Assembly: GCA_964270895.1 (NCBI GenBank)
Contig: OZ185440.1
Length of the DNA stretch: 64,000 bases
Source: Podarcis filfolensis
Taxonomy: Eukaryota
Strand: one strand, 5' to 3'
Shown here: in pieces, positions 39,659 through 52,330 of the stretch
Layout: each line of letters starts with the position of its first letter
How positions within the stretch are numbered: position 1 is the first letter of the stretch
Translations under genes and position numbers: made by a program
Notes under the pieces: model-generated
Database searches by the model: none
Told to the model about the DNA's origin: nothing
Seen by the model: only the letters and a program-made list of their open reading frames with translations

Positions 39659-39874
39659 TATTATTGGATGTTCCCTCACTTTAACTGTTCTAAAAAAATG
39701 CAAAAGGATAGATGTTTTTCAGCTGCATAAAAAGATAACAGTTGCACTTCACCTTAACTGCATATAAGAATAATGAGGACTTTATAAACAGACAGAAGTA
39801 TTATCTAAACATGCAATCCCATTGTTTCATAGTTGTCTTCAGGGAACTTACGTGGACTGCACCTATGTTCATTA

Positions 39875-40012
39875 GAAGAATGGTCAACCTGTGGCCCTAC
39901 AAATGCTAGACTTGAACTCCCAACAACCTCAGGCAGCAGCAGCATGGCCAATGGTCAGGGATGCTGGAAACTGTAGTCCAACATCTGGAGGGCTACAGAT
40001 CCCCCATCCTTG
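39875..40012. mobile_element. Degraded hAT-type palindromic MITE
   Basis: aacctgtggccct ... ctgtagtccaacatctggagggctacagatcccccatccttg; same architecture as the 39523 copy. Confidence 0.7.
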
Positions 40013-40137
40013 GTTTATCGTGACAAGAGTTTTGGAAAACTTATAAACATTTGTGTGTTAATTTATGCTTCTGGACAAAGGCAAATTGTAATAAATGAAG
40101 GTTCATATGACACTCCAGTGGACAGGTTATTCTTTTA

Positions 40138-40264
40138 GACGTGGGTATCCTGTGGCCCTCCAGATTTTGCTGAACTATAATTCCCATCATTCCTGACTGT
40201 TGGCTGAGGCTAATGCAAGATAAAGTCTAACAAGATCTGGAACACCACAGTTTCCCCATCCCTG
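40138..40264. mobile_element. Degraded hAT-type palindromic MITE
   Basis: cctgtggccctccagattttgctgaactataattcccatcattcct ... agatctggaacaccacagtttccccatccctg. Confidence 0.7.
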
Positions 40265-41100
40265 CTGTTAAGAACTTGTTTCATTTTCCATTTGCACAAG
40301 TAGGACTGGCTGACTGATGCAGAATGAATAGTAAAACCGTGATGTGCGGAACAGCTACATCATTCATCCCGTTTAGCCTACCTACCATACTGACATTTTA
40401 AAACCCAACTTTCATGGGCTAAGAAAATATTTTTTATCCTATGTGCACTTTTTTGCATATGAACCATAAAGTTAGCGGGAAAATTAGACCCTCCATAACT
40501 GAAACTCAGCATCTTGCTCTGAACTTGCACATATCTCTGACTTGAACTCAAAGTACCAGAGATCAGAAAGTCAAAACATTAAAGCTGATGCATTAGTATA
40601 TTGAACTGCCATGTTGGCAGGCAAGGCTATGCAATTCTGGATGCGTTCCAATCTAAAACAAAAGCAATCAATCTCCAGGTGTAAGGCAGGGGGCTGGAAA
40701 TATGCTATTGTAGAGCAACTCACTCTGAAGCAAAACACAGAGAGGAAACAGAAGACAAATAAGATGACATCACTGGATCTCATAATGCGGTAGGACAGAA
40801 TGTTTGTTTGTAGAAAGGTGCAGCGTAACTAGAGCCTATTTATTATTAAGGAAAATGCTTTCATCTGCTGATCATATCTGCAACTGTGCACAGAGGCACC
40901 AAGTAATGGACTGAAAAGGAGAACTGAAGAAAGGCCGTCTGCAGTGATTTTGTTTTGGACTACGGGGAAAATTCTGTTTTTCCTGCCTAGCTGAAAATAT
41001 GCTATTATAAAATAGGACTAACTATGCATTTGCTAACAAAAATGGAGGCTTAAATCCTATACACAACTGATCATGGAAATCAATGGGTGATTACTTCTAA

Positions 41101-41232
41101 GACGGGTGGCCAAGGTGGTGCCTTCAGATTTATGGACTACAGTTCCCATTGTTCCTGCTCATTGGCATGCTGGCAGAGGCTGATGGGAGCTGTAGGCCAA
41201 AACATATGGACAGCACATGTTGGCTATCCCTT
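41101..41232. mobile_element. Degraded hAT-type palindromic MITE
   Basis: gggtggccaaggtggtgccttcagat ... ggactacagttccca ... gctgatgggagctgtaggccaaaaca ... gttggctatccc. Confidence 0.65.
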
Positions 41233-41271
41233 TTCTAAGCAGACGTTCAAAGGCTTGCAATGCACAAGACT

Positions 41272-41331
41272 TAGAACCGTAGAATTGTAGAGTTAGAAGG
41301 GACCATGGGGGCCATCTAGTTCAACCTTCTG
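41272..41331 (-). mobile_element. CR1-type 3' tail fragment
   Basis: tagaaccgtagaattgtagagttagaagggaccatgggggccatctagttcaacc matches the tails of the two SINEs above. Confidence 0.7.
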
Positions 41332-43285
41332 TTTCAAAAGCTAGCAAAGCAAAATAATTATTAGAAGGGATAAAAATATATAAGCAAGAAACCATCCAGG
41401 CCTGATCTTGAGTCCATAACTCACAAGCAAAGAATACTGTCCTGGGGTTTTCCCCAACCCTTGGAGGTGGCATAGGGTTTTACTTTTGCTGTGAACTGCC
41501 ATGAGTGAATTTTTCATATGGAAAAGCAATATACAAATATATGCATTGATTGGCTGATCAGGAGAATGACTGTGTGACAATCAACATCTTAATTAGCAAT
41601 ATATAACCCATTTTTGAACTTTGTCAATACACATGTAGACAACTGATAATTGAAATTGTGGAGTCAGGCAAGGTCAACAAAAGGGCATTAGGACAGAAGC
41701 TTTATGCCATTTCTGAGAAAAGTCTAGTGGTACTTACTATTGTTTTCTGAGATGTCTGCAATTATTCTACACAATATACAAAAGACCCCTGCCAGTGACT
41801 TACAACTAAAGGAGAGAAAAGTTTAAAGATCTTCATGAATGGGCAGGACAATATTGAGCACCTGGCCATCTTGTAGATACAGTCTTCACCGCATCTGGGT
41901 AGGGTAAGGAATTTTGATTCAGAGTATCAGGTGTCCTTTTAAAAATATATGTAAAGCATTGGAACCCATGCAACTTTCTCTCTCTTTCTTCATTAGCCAA
42001 CTTTCCTTTTATCCTGACTCAGTCCCAGAGGTGGTATTTTGAATGAGGTACAAACAATAGTTTATATTGTAGCACATATATATATATACATTTCACATGC
42101 ATGTAATTTTCATATATAATCGTCATGTGTACATTTCTAGAAAGATAGGAGAGAAATATTTTAAATAATCAAAAAAAATTTTTAGAGATTTCATTATTTT
42201 AAAAATCCTTTCTTTTTCAAAATTCTAGTATCACTATTAGCCAAATACAAATTTAATTCATCTTTTCCATTATTTGCAATACAAAACAAACAAATCTGTT
42301 TCACAAAAATCCCACATGTTACTGTGACTAATTCACAGCCAATTTTATTTGGAGGACTATGGACACCATTATGACAATCTCATGACATTCTAAATGTGAA
42401 GAAAACCATATGTTTACTTTTCTCCTCTAATAATTACAACGCATACAATTTATTAAACACTATCTTCATCTTGTAAACAAAACCAGACCTGAAAAAAATG
42501 TGCAGACAGTTTTACTTCCTGGCTAAATGGTTGGCAGACCAAAAATTCTACTGATCTACCCTAAAAATATATTGTTTACAAAGATCACAAACATAATGCA
42601 TATTCTCTCTCTCTGTCTCTTTGGTATTTCATTTATCAGCCATGCCGTCATCATTCTCCTCCCTACCACCATCTGTACATACTTTCCCAATAGACCATCA
42701 CAGCTGTCCTGTTTTTCACACACACAGAACCTTTTATATGCTTTCCAACTGTTTTTAAAAACTGTTCAGTGCTTCGCACTGTACTTCCTTTGTCTTCTTC
42801 ACAAATATGAAAAGATACCATCCCAACAAACAGGTTATCACAGCAAAAAGCTTTAAAAACAACAACACTGCAGTACTGATCTTTCCAAGAGCACCAAACA
42901 TCTTAGATGCTAGCCTTCTGGGCAGAAGGTGTTAAGAATGCAATTCCACAAAGCTGGGAACTTGAACAAAAGTCACTAAAGCAAAACTAAAGTCACCACT
43001 TTTGGTATCACATGGGTTGTTTTTTTTTTAAAAAATGCTGTAATGCATATCTGGCTAAAGGCCCAGACCACATGCTCATGTCCATCACCAGGAATAGATA
43101 AGAAGTAGGGGACCAAAACAACCTATTTCAGCTCTGCAGCCAGGTACAGGGAGGGGAAAGGAGAAGTACGGTCTTGTAGGAGACTGGTAATAGTCCCTAT
43201 TGTTGAAGCACCCAAGCCATGGTCCATGGTTGAAAGGCAGTATCAGTGTCCCTTGGGAAGCCTAAAATGTGCTGAGGCTCTAGAA

Positions 43286-43469
43286 CAGAGCTTTCCAAAC
43301 TTTTCATGTTGGTGACACACTTTTTAGACATGCATTGTTTTGTGACACAGTAATTCAGTTTTACTAGCAAACCGGAGGTTCAACTAACCCCTTTCCATCC
43401 CCAGGTGGAGCACAGGGAGCATTCGTGTGACACACTAACGTGTCACAACACACAGTTTGGAAAGCTCTG
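43286..43469. mobile_element. hAT (Charlie-type) MITE
   Basis: Perfect 16-bp TIR CAGAGCTTTCCAAACT / AGTTTGGAAAGCTCTG. 8-bp TSD ctctagaa / ctccagaa (7/8) fits the NTCTAGAN target preference. Confidence 0.9.
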
Positions 43470-46400
43470 CTCCAGAATAGGAATCATTTGATCACACACA
43501 CACTGCCAAGGCCACAGAATACAATTCCTCCATGGTCACTGCTTCTCCCATTGTGGAGAAGCAGGGCTGATATTCTGCTATGCATTTGTAAAACATTAAT
43601 ACAAAACAATACCTGCCAAACAAATCTCTTTAAGGTATTCTATTAAAGCACCAAATGATATTCATAGACCTGAATGTGTTCAATAGTTGCCATGAGCTCA
43701 ATTTCTAGTATCCTGGTAAAAGAAACAGTAGCCGAGCTGGGAAATGTATTTGCCTGAGTGATCATGAAAAGCAGCTGCCAGAAAATGCAGCCACTACAGG
43801 GTAAAAGGGACTTTTGGTCCAACTTAGTACAGTAAGATTTCTATTAAAACATGATTATATGTTTTTACAATGGAATGAGGCTTAAAAGAGCTATGTTGAA
43901 CTGAGATGACGCATGGTGCCTTTGAGGAAGCAGTTCTGTCAGATAACTAAGATTCAGATTACTTTCATTTCTCACAGAATATTCACTGCAAAGTGAAATT
44001 ATGGCATCAGAGGTACCTATCTTCAGAGCTGAGCAGCACAGTTACAAAATATTGATTTCTATTGTTACAATACTTAGACATATATGTTCTATGTGACCTC
44101 ACACACGCAACCATGCTAACATTCCTGGAACCAATTAATTTACTAGCAGATACACAATGTGAATGTGGGTGAGGGGGTGACTTTAAAAAATTGAATCCTG
44201 AGGAATATGGTCAAGTGCATTAATATGGTTGACAACTGCAGCTTACTAACCAAGACCAACAAATTTCAGACACAGTTGAAATCAAGTTGATTCTTTCTAC
44301 TAAGTGTTATACATCAGGTTGGGGACCTCAGGTCCAGGAGGCAAATATGCCCCATGAGCCCTTAGCATTATCCTTAGACTATATCCCCTCTCCCCAGGCC
44401 ACACCCACACCAGCCCTGCTCTGCACCCTTCTCAGGTGGTTTTGCCTGGCTGGAGTGTGATAATGCAGCAGCAGATGGAAAGGTAGGGGTGTGTGGGTGT
44501 AGAAACCTATTAGTTTTTTCATGGCTGGAATGTAGGCCTCTGTACGAAAGTCTTATATGTTGCGTCATTCACTTTGCGCCTCTGCTCAATCCACTACTAG
44601 CATGCAACCTCTCTTCATCAAATTAAATGGCTCTCAGGTTCAAAAAGGTTCCCTACTGGCTATATCTAGAGATATAAACCATAATCCACAAGTGTTGCAT
44701 TCTGGAATAATCTCCTTTATAGTTCATATGATCATGCACAACAGCCCCAGAGTACAAATGGAGACCACAGTAACTGTCATTCCCGAGAATTCAGCATCAT
44801 TAGGCAAACTGTAGTGTAAGTAAATCACGCAGGAGACTGCAAACATCTGGAATGCAGCCCATCAGCAGCTGTGCTCCATCGACTGCTCCCCCAGAGTGCA
44901 GGACGCTGTGCAGCAAATGTATCTGAATTTGGGCCCAGTGTAGCAGGCCCAATGTTGACACTTGAAAAAATGCCACAGTACTAGTTCTAGATGTGCATGT
45001 GCAAACAACTACAAATGGCCTTTTTGTGTGGTCATGCCAATCAGGGATGAGGCACGTGCATAATATGTTTTAAAGGAGGGAAACTGCCTGCTTGATTCAA
45101 ACTGGAGATTCCATGGACTCTTGAGACCTCAGTCTAAACCAATAGGCCACTGTTATCCTGAGACACAATGGCTTATTGTACTGCTGCAAGCTTCCAGCAG
45201 AGAATCAGGTGTTGTCTTTCAGATTCCTCAAAACTCCAGATTTGGCTTTAAAAATAAAAGGGTATAATTCAGAGAAAGGTTTTGTTAAATATTGAAGACA
45301 AAATCTGTTAATATTTTGAGAATAAAAGTGTTCTAGGCATGAGAATCATACAGCCATGAAGGAAAACATACTCAGGTCACATATCTACTTATATCTACGG
45401 CTCTTTTCCTACAGACCACCAACATCCCTTATTCTGTTCTATATTATGCTGCTGGAATTTATTTTAATTAGAATAGAGTATCTAACCTTCTATCAGCAAC
45501 AAGATCTACATAAGCTCTTATTCTGCTTATACTGTGTGGGGGTTTGCTTTTCACAATCGATCAAGCAATCAAATAATCTTTGTATAACTTGCAGATTTAT
45601 TTGGTATATAGTTAATTTTGTAACTACCAAGATTTGTAACTACCAAGGAGCCAGTGTGTCCATACCATTAGCAAGTGAACAAAATGCATCTCCTGAAGTT
45701 GTAGGGCCAATAACAAAACAAAAACAAATGAAAAAGGATATTCAGGGAGAAGAGGCTTGGAAGATCTAGGCAAATTCAGCTACTGCATCATCTCTTTGGA
45801 GGAACAATCCATTATGAGCCTGCCACTGAGCATGATACAGGAAAACCCAGCCGTGCAGTTTCTGATAACTGAAATCAAAGGGAACACAAAGTTATTAAAA
45901 GTACTGTGAGCGACACTGAAACCGGACACACAGATTTTTTGCATTCTGACAGAGATTAAGGGGAGCTAAGCAACACAGACAATAAAGGAACAGATAAGTA
46001 TTACAGACAGATCTGTAACTAGACACTGGGAAATAGCAGCACTGAGATCCAAGGCAGACTAATGCATGGAACTCTTAGGGTGCAGGTCCAGCAACGTAAA
46101 AGGTTATTTAGAAGAAGAGACTTCAGTCTTTGCTCAGGTTGGGGGAAGGGGCTGGTCACACTCAGACAGAGCACATGGTTATGGCAGTTTTATGCTGAAG
46201 ATTAGGAAACAAAAGGGAGCAGATCCTGGGAGAGGCGTTTATTCACCACACAGATCCTGGCCCTTCCTTATGTCTATTCATGTCTGCATCTCTGACCCAG
46301 CTGTCACTTTTCTAACATGCCAAAATGAAAAATATTTTGATAAGGCAGGATGGCACAGTACCCAAACAATGGAGTGTGTGAATGAGAGAAAATAAGCAAT

Positions 46401-49400
46401 GCTTGTGGCAGACAGAAAAATTACATAGTATAACGATCAGTAAGAGTGATTCCAGTTCAGTTTAGGAATATGGAGCCCATTTAACGGTATGTCTTCCAAA
46501 AAAAGAACACAACTCCCATAATTTGTATATGAGGTCATCTGAACACACACACACACAAGCCATAAACCACTGAGTCTTTAAGTGGTGAGTTGAGACCCAT
46601 TACTAGGTAACAACCTGATCTAAGGTGGGTCACGGTTTTGGTACCACTATGGACTTAGAAACTTAGTTGGGTCCTCGAAATGTTGACAAATACCGTACTA
46701 AGGCACAAACTTGAAAATCCTGGGCAAATATGCCTCTAGAAAGAATAAATTCAGCAAATGTATGTATGCATGTAAATCCTTCCATAATACACCACTTGTT
46801 GGCTCACCCCTAAAAGTGTGGACTGTTCCCTCCCTCAGTCTGAAACTGGAACAGTTCTAGTGTCAGAAGGACAAAGTGTGTGCTCCTTCCTCATGGCCCA
46901 CGGCTTCTCAAGTAACCCCAGCAGCACAGGAATGTGCTATGCTACCATGGTTCCTATGCTACATGAGAGGGGAACTATGTTGGCTTGTTCACACATGTCT
47001 GCATGTTAAATGAGAAGTGGGTAACGTAATTACTCATATTTTATGTCTGTGTTGTAGACATTTGCTTTTTATGTGTATTGCATGCAATGGCCTATGGCTA
47101 CAAGCAATAAATATTTATTATATCATATTGTTCACGCATGCAAGTCATCACTTGATTCTGCAATAATCAAGTGCTACCCATTCGTGCATAAACTCAGTCA
47201 TCATAGCTATGTGACCATGAAAGCACTTGGGAGTAACAATTTTCTTCCCATTTTAAGGTATATTGTTTTCCACCCAGTAGGGGTATGCAACATCTTTAAA
47301 GACTTGTTCTTTAATCAAGACAATCCAGTCTTTCAAGATCTGACTCCTAGTGATCTGTCTACAATTTATTGTGAGTGTATGCACAAATATATTCTTTTAA
47401 AAAGAATATGTGGACTGCATTTTGACCAGTTTGATAAAGCCTGGCAACCCCTCCCCTTCTCTTTTGTACATTACATATATGCAAATAATAAAAACTGTTA
47501 CATTTGTAGCCTTCCCTCTCCTGAGTCCCTGCCCCTCTGAACACATTGATCCCTCACTTGCTGCTATAGCTCACAAACCATCATTGCCCTCACTTCAAAT
47601 TTCATAGCAGACCTCTGACATCATTCTCCAAATATTTTATATACAAACATACATACAGAATATAAAATAAAATTAAGAACTGGAAAGCAAAGTTAACAAG
47701 ATTAACATATTGGAGTAATAGCTAATGTGTTCTGCAGGATATCCTCCTATCTGTTCTCTTCAACCATAATTAAATGACCACAATTATATTTTAAAGGACT
47801 ACAGGTCATATAATATTCATGTAAGACATGCTGATTATTTTCAGAGTAAACATTACACATATATGTATATTTTTAAATAGTCTAGGTGACTTTTTTCAAC
47901 CCAAAATGATAACAAATTAAATATTTTTTAAAATCTCAACTGTTGCCTTTTAGGTTTACTTTCATTCAGAAAAGCTAAGGTATCAGTTGCATGAAACAAA
48001 TGGCTTTGGGGATGGGGGAAAGGGAGTCTACTGGGCAAATCTGATGATGCAGCACTTTAAATGCCCCCATCTGGCACCCATTAGGCAACCTGTCACTGGA
48101 TTGTACTGACTGGTCCTTTTCAGCCTACCTCAGCACTCACTTGGTGAATGATGCCTGAGCACAGTGCATTAGGGAACTGCACAGCAGGCTCTATTTGTTT
48201 AGAAAGTCACACAATAAGGGATGAATACACTCTATGATCATCCAAATTACAGCATATGGTGGATGAAGTGAGCAGGAAGGACCATAGTACCAGGTCAGAA
48301 GTGATGGGAGAACTAGGAATGCAATCCATATTCTTCAACCCCTGGATCGGGCCAGGATTCTACCAAGGAAAGGAACATATAACCAAATATCGTTTCAGCT
48401 TATTGTCAGTGGCACTAGTTCACTCAATCCATCTTCTTGATGATTATTACTGAAAAGTTAGAAGATGGTAACACCAAACACACACTACTTTGAAATAATT
48501 CCTTGACTTCATTAGCCCACTTTTATCATAGGAACTAATATACTTCATAAACATATCAGGCAATTATTCCCAGAATGAAAATTTTAAGAATACCTACAAA
48601 ATCACTAATATTCATTGAGTTTTGTATTTATCTTTGATGAAAATACAGACCCCTCAACTCTATTAATGCCTAAAATGGTAGGGTTTTTGAAAAGTTCCTC
48701 AAGTGTTATGTACAACTGCAATTAAAAAGATTTATCTTGGAGTACTGGTAATAGCAAGCAGAAAATGGGGGGTGGGTCCATCATGCCAACTTTACTTTTA
48801 GCTGAACATAACTATGTGAAGAGCATTTGCTTACCCTCCAGGTTTAATTAAAATCAAAAGTTGAAGTTACAGACCTTAGTTTAAACACAACGCAGCTGTA
48901 TGCAAGCTTTTATTTGCACTATGGATCAGAATTATATGATGGCATTTCAAAATACCCATTTTTATTAGATTATCATATTAATCATTTACTTTTATAATGT
49001 TTGATGTTACAAAGAGCCTTCTAAAGACTGGTTATGTAGGGCTAAATCATCAGAAAAATTTCATTGGTGCACATGAACAATGTGCAAATAAGTAGAGTGG
49101 GCAACTGTAATAATAAAAACTATAGGGGGAGAATGCAATGCTGTTGTTCCACTTGCAAAACGGTGTTTGATCCAGTTGAGACACACAGCAGTAAGATAAA
49201 AGGAAGTAATTTTATCCATTTCCACCTGAAGCCCTGTCCTATGCTGCCTTCCACACTAGTCTTGAGATTTTCAAAGGTGCAGGTAGCCACAGAGAAAAGG
49301 GGGAACTGAAGAAAATTGTCTGTGTTAGTGGACACTGGAACCTTAGACATTCCACAGCACAATGGATTTCACTCTTGGCCTGCAATCCTTCTTGGATTTA

Positions 49401-49872
49401 CGTAGGTTGCTTAAATGTCGTTGGCTTCAATGAGGTTTAAGAGACCTTGGCTATAGGCAAGGTTTATTATTGATGGTAACACAATGAAACAGCGATAGAT
49501 TCTATAGTAAATACAGAATTAATATTGCCTATCAATGTGAAAGCTCACCTCAAGACCTTTTTATGGTCTATGCTTCACCTTCTTTGCTTCTTATTCAATG
49601 TGTTTCTCATATCGTAATCAAACCCCTGACACACTGTGACACTGTACATAAGAAATCTTGACTTACGCAAAAGTTCAAAGAGTGACACTAAAACATTTTC
49701 TACACCCAATCATAGTTATTTGGATTCAATCCCAATCCTTCCCTTTGACAATAATGAGGAGTTTGGGTACCAACTGATTTTGACTAAAATTGACACAACA
49801 AAAAATGAAGCAGCGGTTTCTACATATACAGACATATACAGACATTCCATAGGTATGCAAAGATATATATTA

Positions 49873-50141
49873 CAGTGGTACCTCAGGTTACATACGCTTC
49901 AGGTTACATACACTTCAGGTTACATATGCTTCAGGTTACATACACTTCAGGTTACAGACTCCGCTAACCCAGAAATAGTGCTTCAGGTTAAGAACTTTGC
50001 TTCAGGATAAGAAATTGTGCTCCGTCAGCGCGGCGGCAGCAGGAGGCCCCATTAGCTAAAGTGGTGCTTCAGGTTAAGAACAGTTTCAGGTTAAGTACGG
50101 ACCTCCAGAATGAATTAAGTACATAACCAAAGGTACCACTT
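49873..50141. mobile_element. Tigger/pogo-like MITE (reverse copy, expanded 16-bp array)
   Basis: TA|CAGTGGTACCTCAGGTTAC ... AAAGGTACCACTT|TA (terminal G>T). Five caggttaca-containing 16-bp units. Confidence 0.9.
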
Positions 50142-50218
50142 TAATGTACCATAAATTAAGAGAAAGCAACTTCTTAAAAAACCTCAAAACAGCTTAATAG
50201 GGACCTAGTGGTCTAAAG

Positions 50219-50323
50219 CAGTCTGTCACAAGCCGTCTAGATGTTTTGGACCACAATTCATAACTGTACGATCTGAATGGTAATCCAACACATCTGGGAA
50301 TGACACTAGGCTGAGGAAGACTG
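50219..50323. mobile_element. hAT-type palindromic MITE (short, diverged)
   Basis: cagtct...agactg termini with a perfect 8-bp TSD gtctaaag (50211-50218 / 50324-50331). Internal agatgttttggaccacaattc ... tccaacacatctgg. Confidence 0.75.
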
Positions 50324-50556
50324 GTCTAAAGGAATTACAAGTCAGGCTGTGTGGATCTATCAATCTAGCCTATGGCTGATAGCAATTGAGACGGAATGTT
50401 AGAGTGCTAGCTGAAAACACAAACGAGAGAGAAATAGGGGTGCATAGGGAGAAGGGGAATTGAACTCCTTGAACACCTAACAGTTTCTTGTGTGCATTCT
50501 GGAAGAGAGATTACAGTATATGTGATGAGGTTAAAAAAACCACTCTCTCCTCCCAG

Positions 50557-50797
50557 CAGTATACCTCGGGTTAAGAACTTAATTTGTTCTGGAGGTCCGT
50601 TCTTAACCTGAAACTGTTCTTAACCTGAAGCACCACTTTAGCTAATGGGGCCTCCTGCTGCCGCCGCGCCACCTGAGCATGATTTCTGTTCTCATCCTGA
50701 AGCAAAGTTCTTAACCCGAGGTAATATTTCTGGGTTAGCAGAGTCTGTAACCTGAAGTGTCTGTTACCTGAAGCATCTGTAACCCGAGGTACTACTG
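50557..50797. mobile_element. Tigger/pogo-like MITE (forward copy)
   Basis: Damaged left end (cagtatacctcgggtt, no TA). Right end AACCCGAGGTACTACTG|TA. Confidence 0.9.
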
Positions 50798-51308
50798 TAC
50801 AAGGATCTTTCAGGAGGAAGGAAAGCAAAGTGGATGACATTTCCTGTTCCCACTGCCCAGAACTATGCTCCCCTTGAAAGCAAGAAAATGCTCAAGTGTA
50901 GAGTTTCCCGGCAGATCTTGGGGGGTGGGGGGGACCTTTATCACATACACCTAGAACACCACCCATTCCGATACATGAAGACTACAAGATTTCAGGTCAT
51001 CTGGAACACTGAAAAGGAGAACTCCTCTTAGCAGATGAGGATACACAGCAATGTTGTGTTGCAGATCACATTATAGATCCCATCAATGAGATTACATAAA
51101 GAAAGAAACAGTACTATATTATGAATCTACATGAGATGCCAATCTTCATGGGCAGACCCATGTTGAGCGCATTTTCGTACTGCATTTATTAGCGTCTATC
51201 GTTATTAAATCCGTTGACTTCAAAGCAGCTAACTAACAGCTGAAAACAACACCACTTCTTGATCAAAAATAAATAGTGGAGGGGGAACTAAAAATCAAAG
51301 AATACCAG

Positions 51309-51450
51309 ATCATAGAATCATGGAACTGTAGAATTGGAAGGGACCTTTAGAATCAGCTAGTCCAACCCCCTGCAATGCAGGAATATGCAGCTGTCCCATA
51401 CGGAGATCAAACCTGCGTCCTTGGTGTAATCGGCACCACACTCTAACCAA
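51309..51450 (-). mobile_element. tRNA-Ile-derived SINE with CR1 3' tail
   Basis: Minus strand: ttggttagagtgtggtgccgattacaccaaggacgcaggtttgatctccgtatgggacagctgcatattcctgcattgcagggggttggactagc...gattctatgat. The head resembles tRNA-Ile(AAT). Confidence 0.8.
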
Positions 51451-52247
51451 TACCCTCTAATCCAGGAGAGATCTTTTAAACTTACGTTGCCTCAAAAGGT
51501 CTAGAAGGATCTAAAAAGCCTGTGGAACAAAAATGTGTTTCACCTGCAATGAAAAGATAGTATACTAAGTGCCAGGAAAGCCTCCTTGGGGAGGACATCC
51601 CACAGGTGGAGTACCATGACCTAAAGAGTAAGCAGCCAGTGCTTCTCAGAAGGTGAGAGCATCCCAGAAGAGAATCTCAAAGACAGTCACTGAAGATATT
51701 GCAATACTCAATCCTCTAGTTTCCAAAGACATGGATGTTTATTGCTCAGTCCTCTTTCCACAGGAACTGGCACAGCTGGAGTATCAAATGAAACTGATAA
51801 AAAGCATTTCTGTCCAAGATTGCCACCTGTGCTTCTAGGAAGAAAGCCAGATACAAGAGTACTCCTAGGCTATAACCTTCTTTATTAGTGACAACGAAAT
51901 CCCATTAGAACAGGCAGACTCACCTATTCCAGATCACACAGGCTACCCACCATAATCACTTCCATCTTGTCTGGACTTTGCTTCAGTATGCCTGCTTCAG
52001 TATGCTTGTCTACTTCAACAACAGCCCTCCAGTTAAAGGCAAAAGAACACTGCTCCCAGGATTAGAGGGGAAATGAAATGCAGAATCAGATGTTATCCAT
52101 AAAGCGATAACATCACAATACAAATTTAGGATAGAAGAGAAAATGGGTAACTGTGGAACCTTCACAACAATCAAATGAAAAGAATGACAATCACTGTCCA
52201 CCTGGGTCCAACTAGTTAGGAAGCACAAGAGATGGCACCTTTAAATT

Positions 52248-52330
52248 CAGGGGTAGCTAACATGGTGCCCTCCAGCATAGCCATGGTCAGTGATGATGGA
52301 AGTTGTGATCCACCAACACTAACTACCCCA
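52248..52330. mobile_element. Degraded, internally deleted hAT-type palindromic MITE
   Basis: caggggtagctaacatggtgccctccag ... gatgatggaagttgtgatcc ... aactacccca. Confidence 0.55.

Noticed and set aside
49873-49960. Short regular direct repeats that superficially resemble a CRISPR array
   Set aside because: They are contiguous 16-bp tandem units with no spacers, inside a eukaryotic MITE.
49636-50010. 124-aa ORF with repeated LHTLQVT peptides
   Set aside because: The repeats are the translation of the MITE 16-bp array; there is no independent sign of coding.
51918-51926. Second TAG|GTGAGT motif on the minus strand
   Set aside because: No upstream pyrimidine tract or branch point (context ggtgggtagcctgtgtgatctggaatag).
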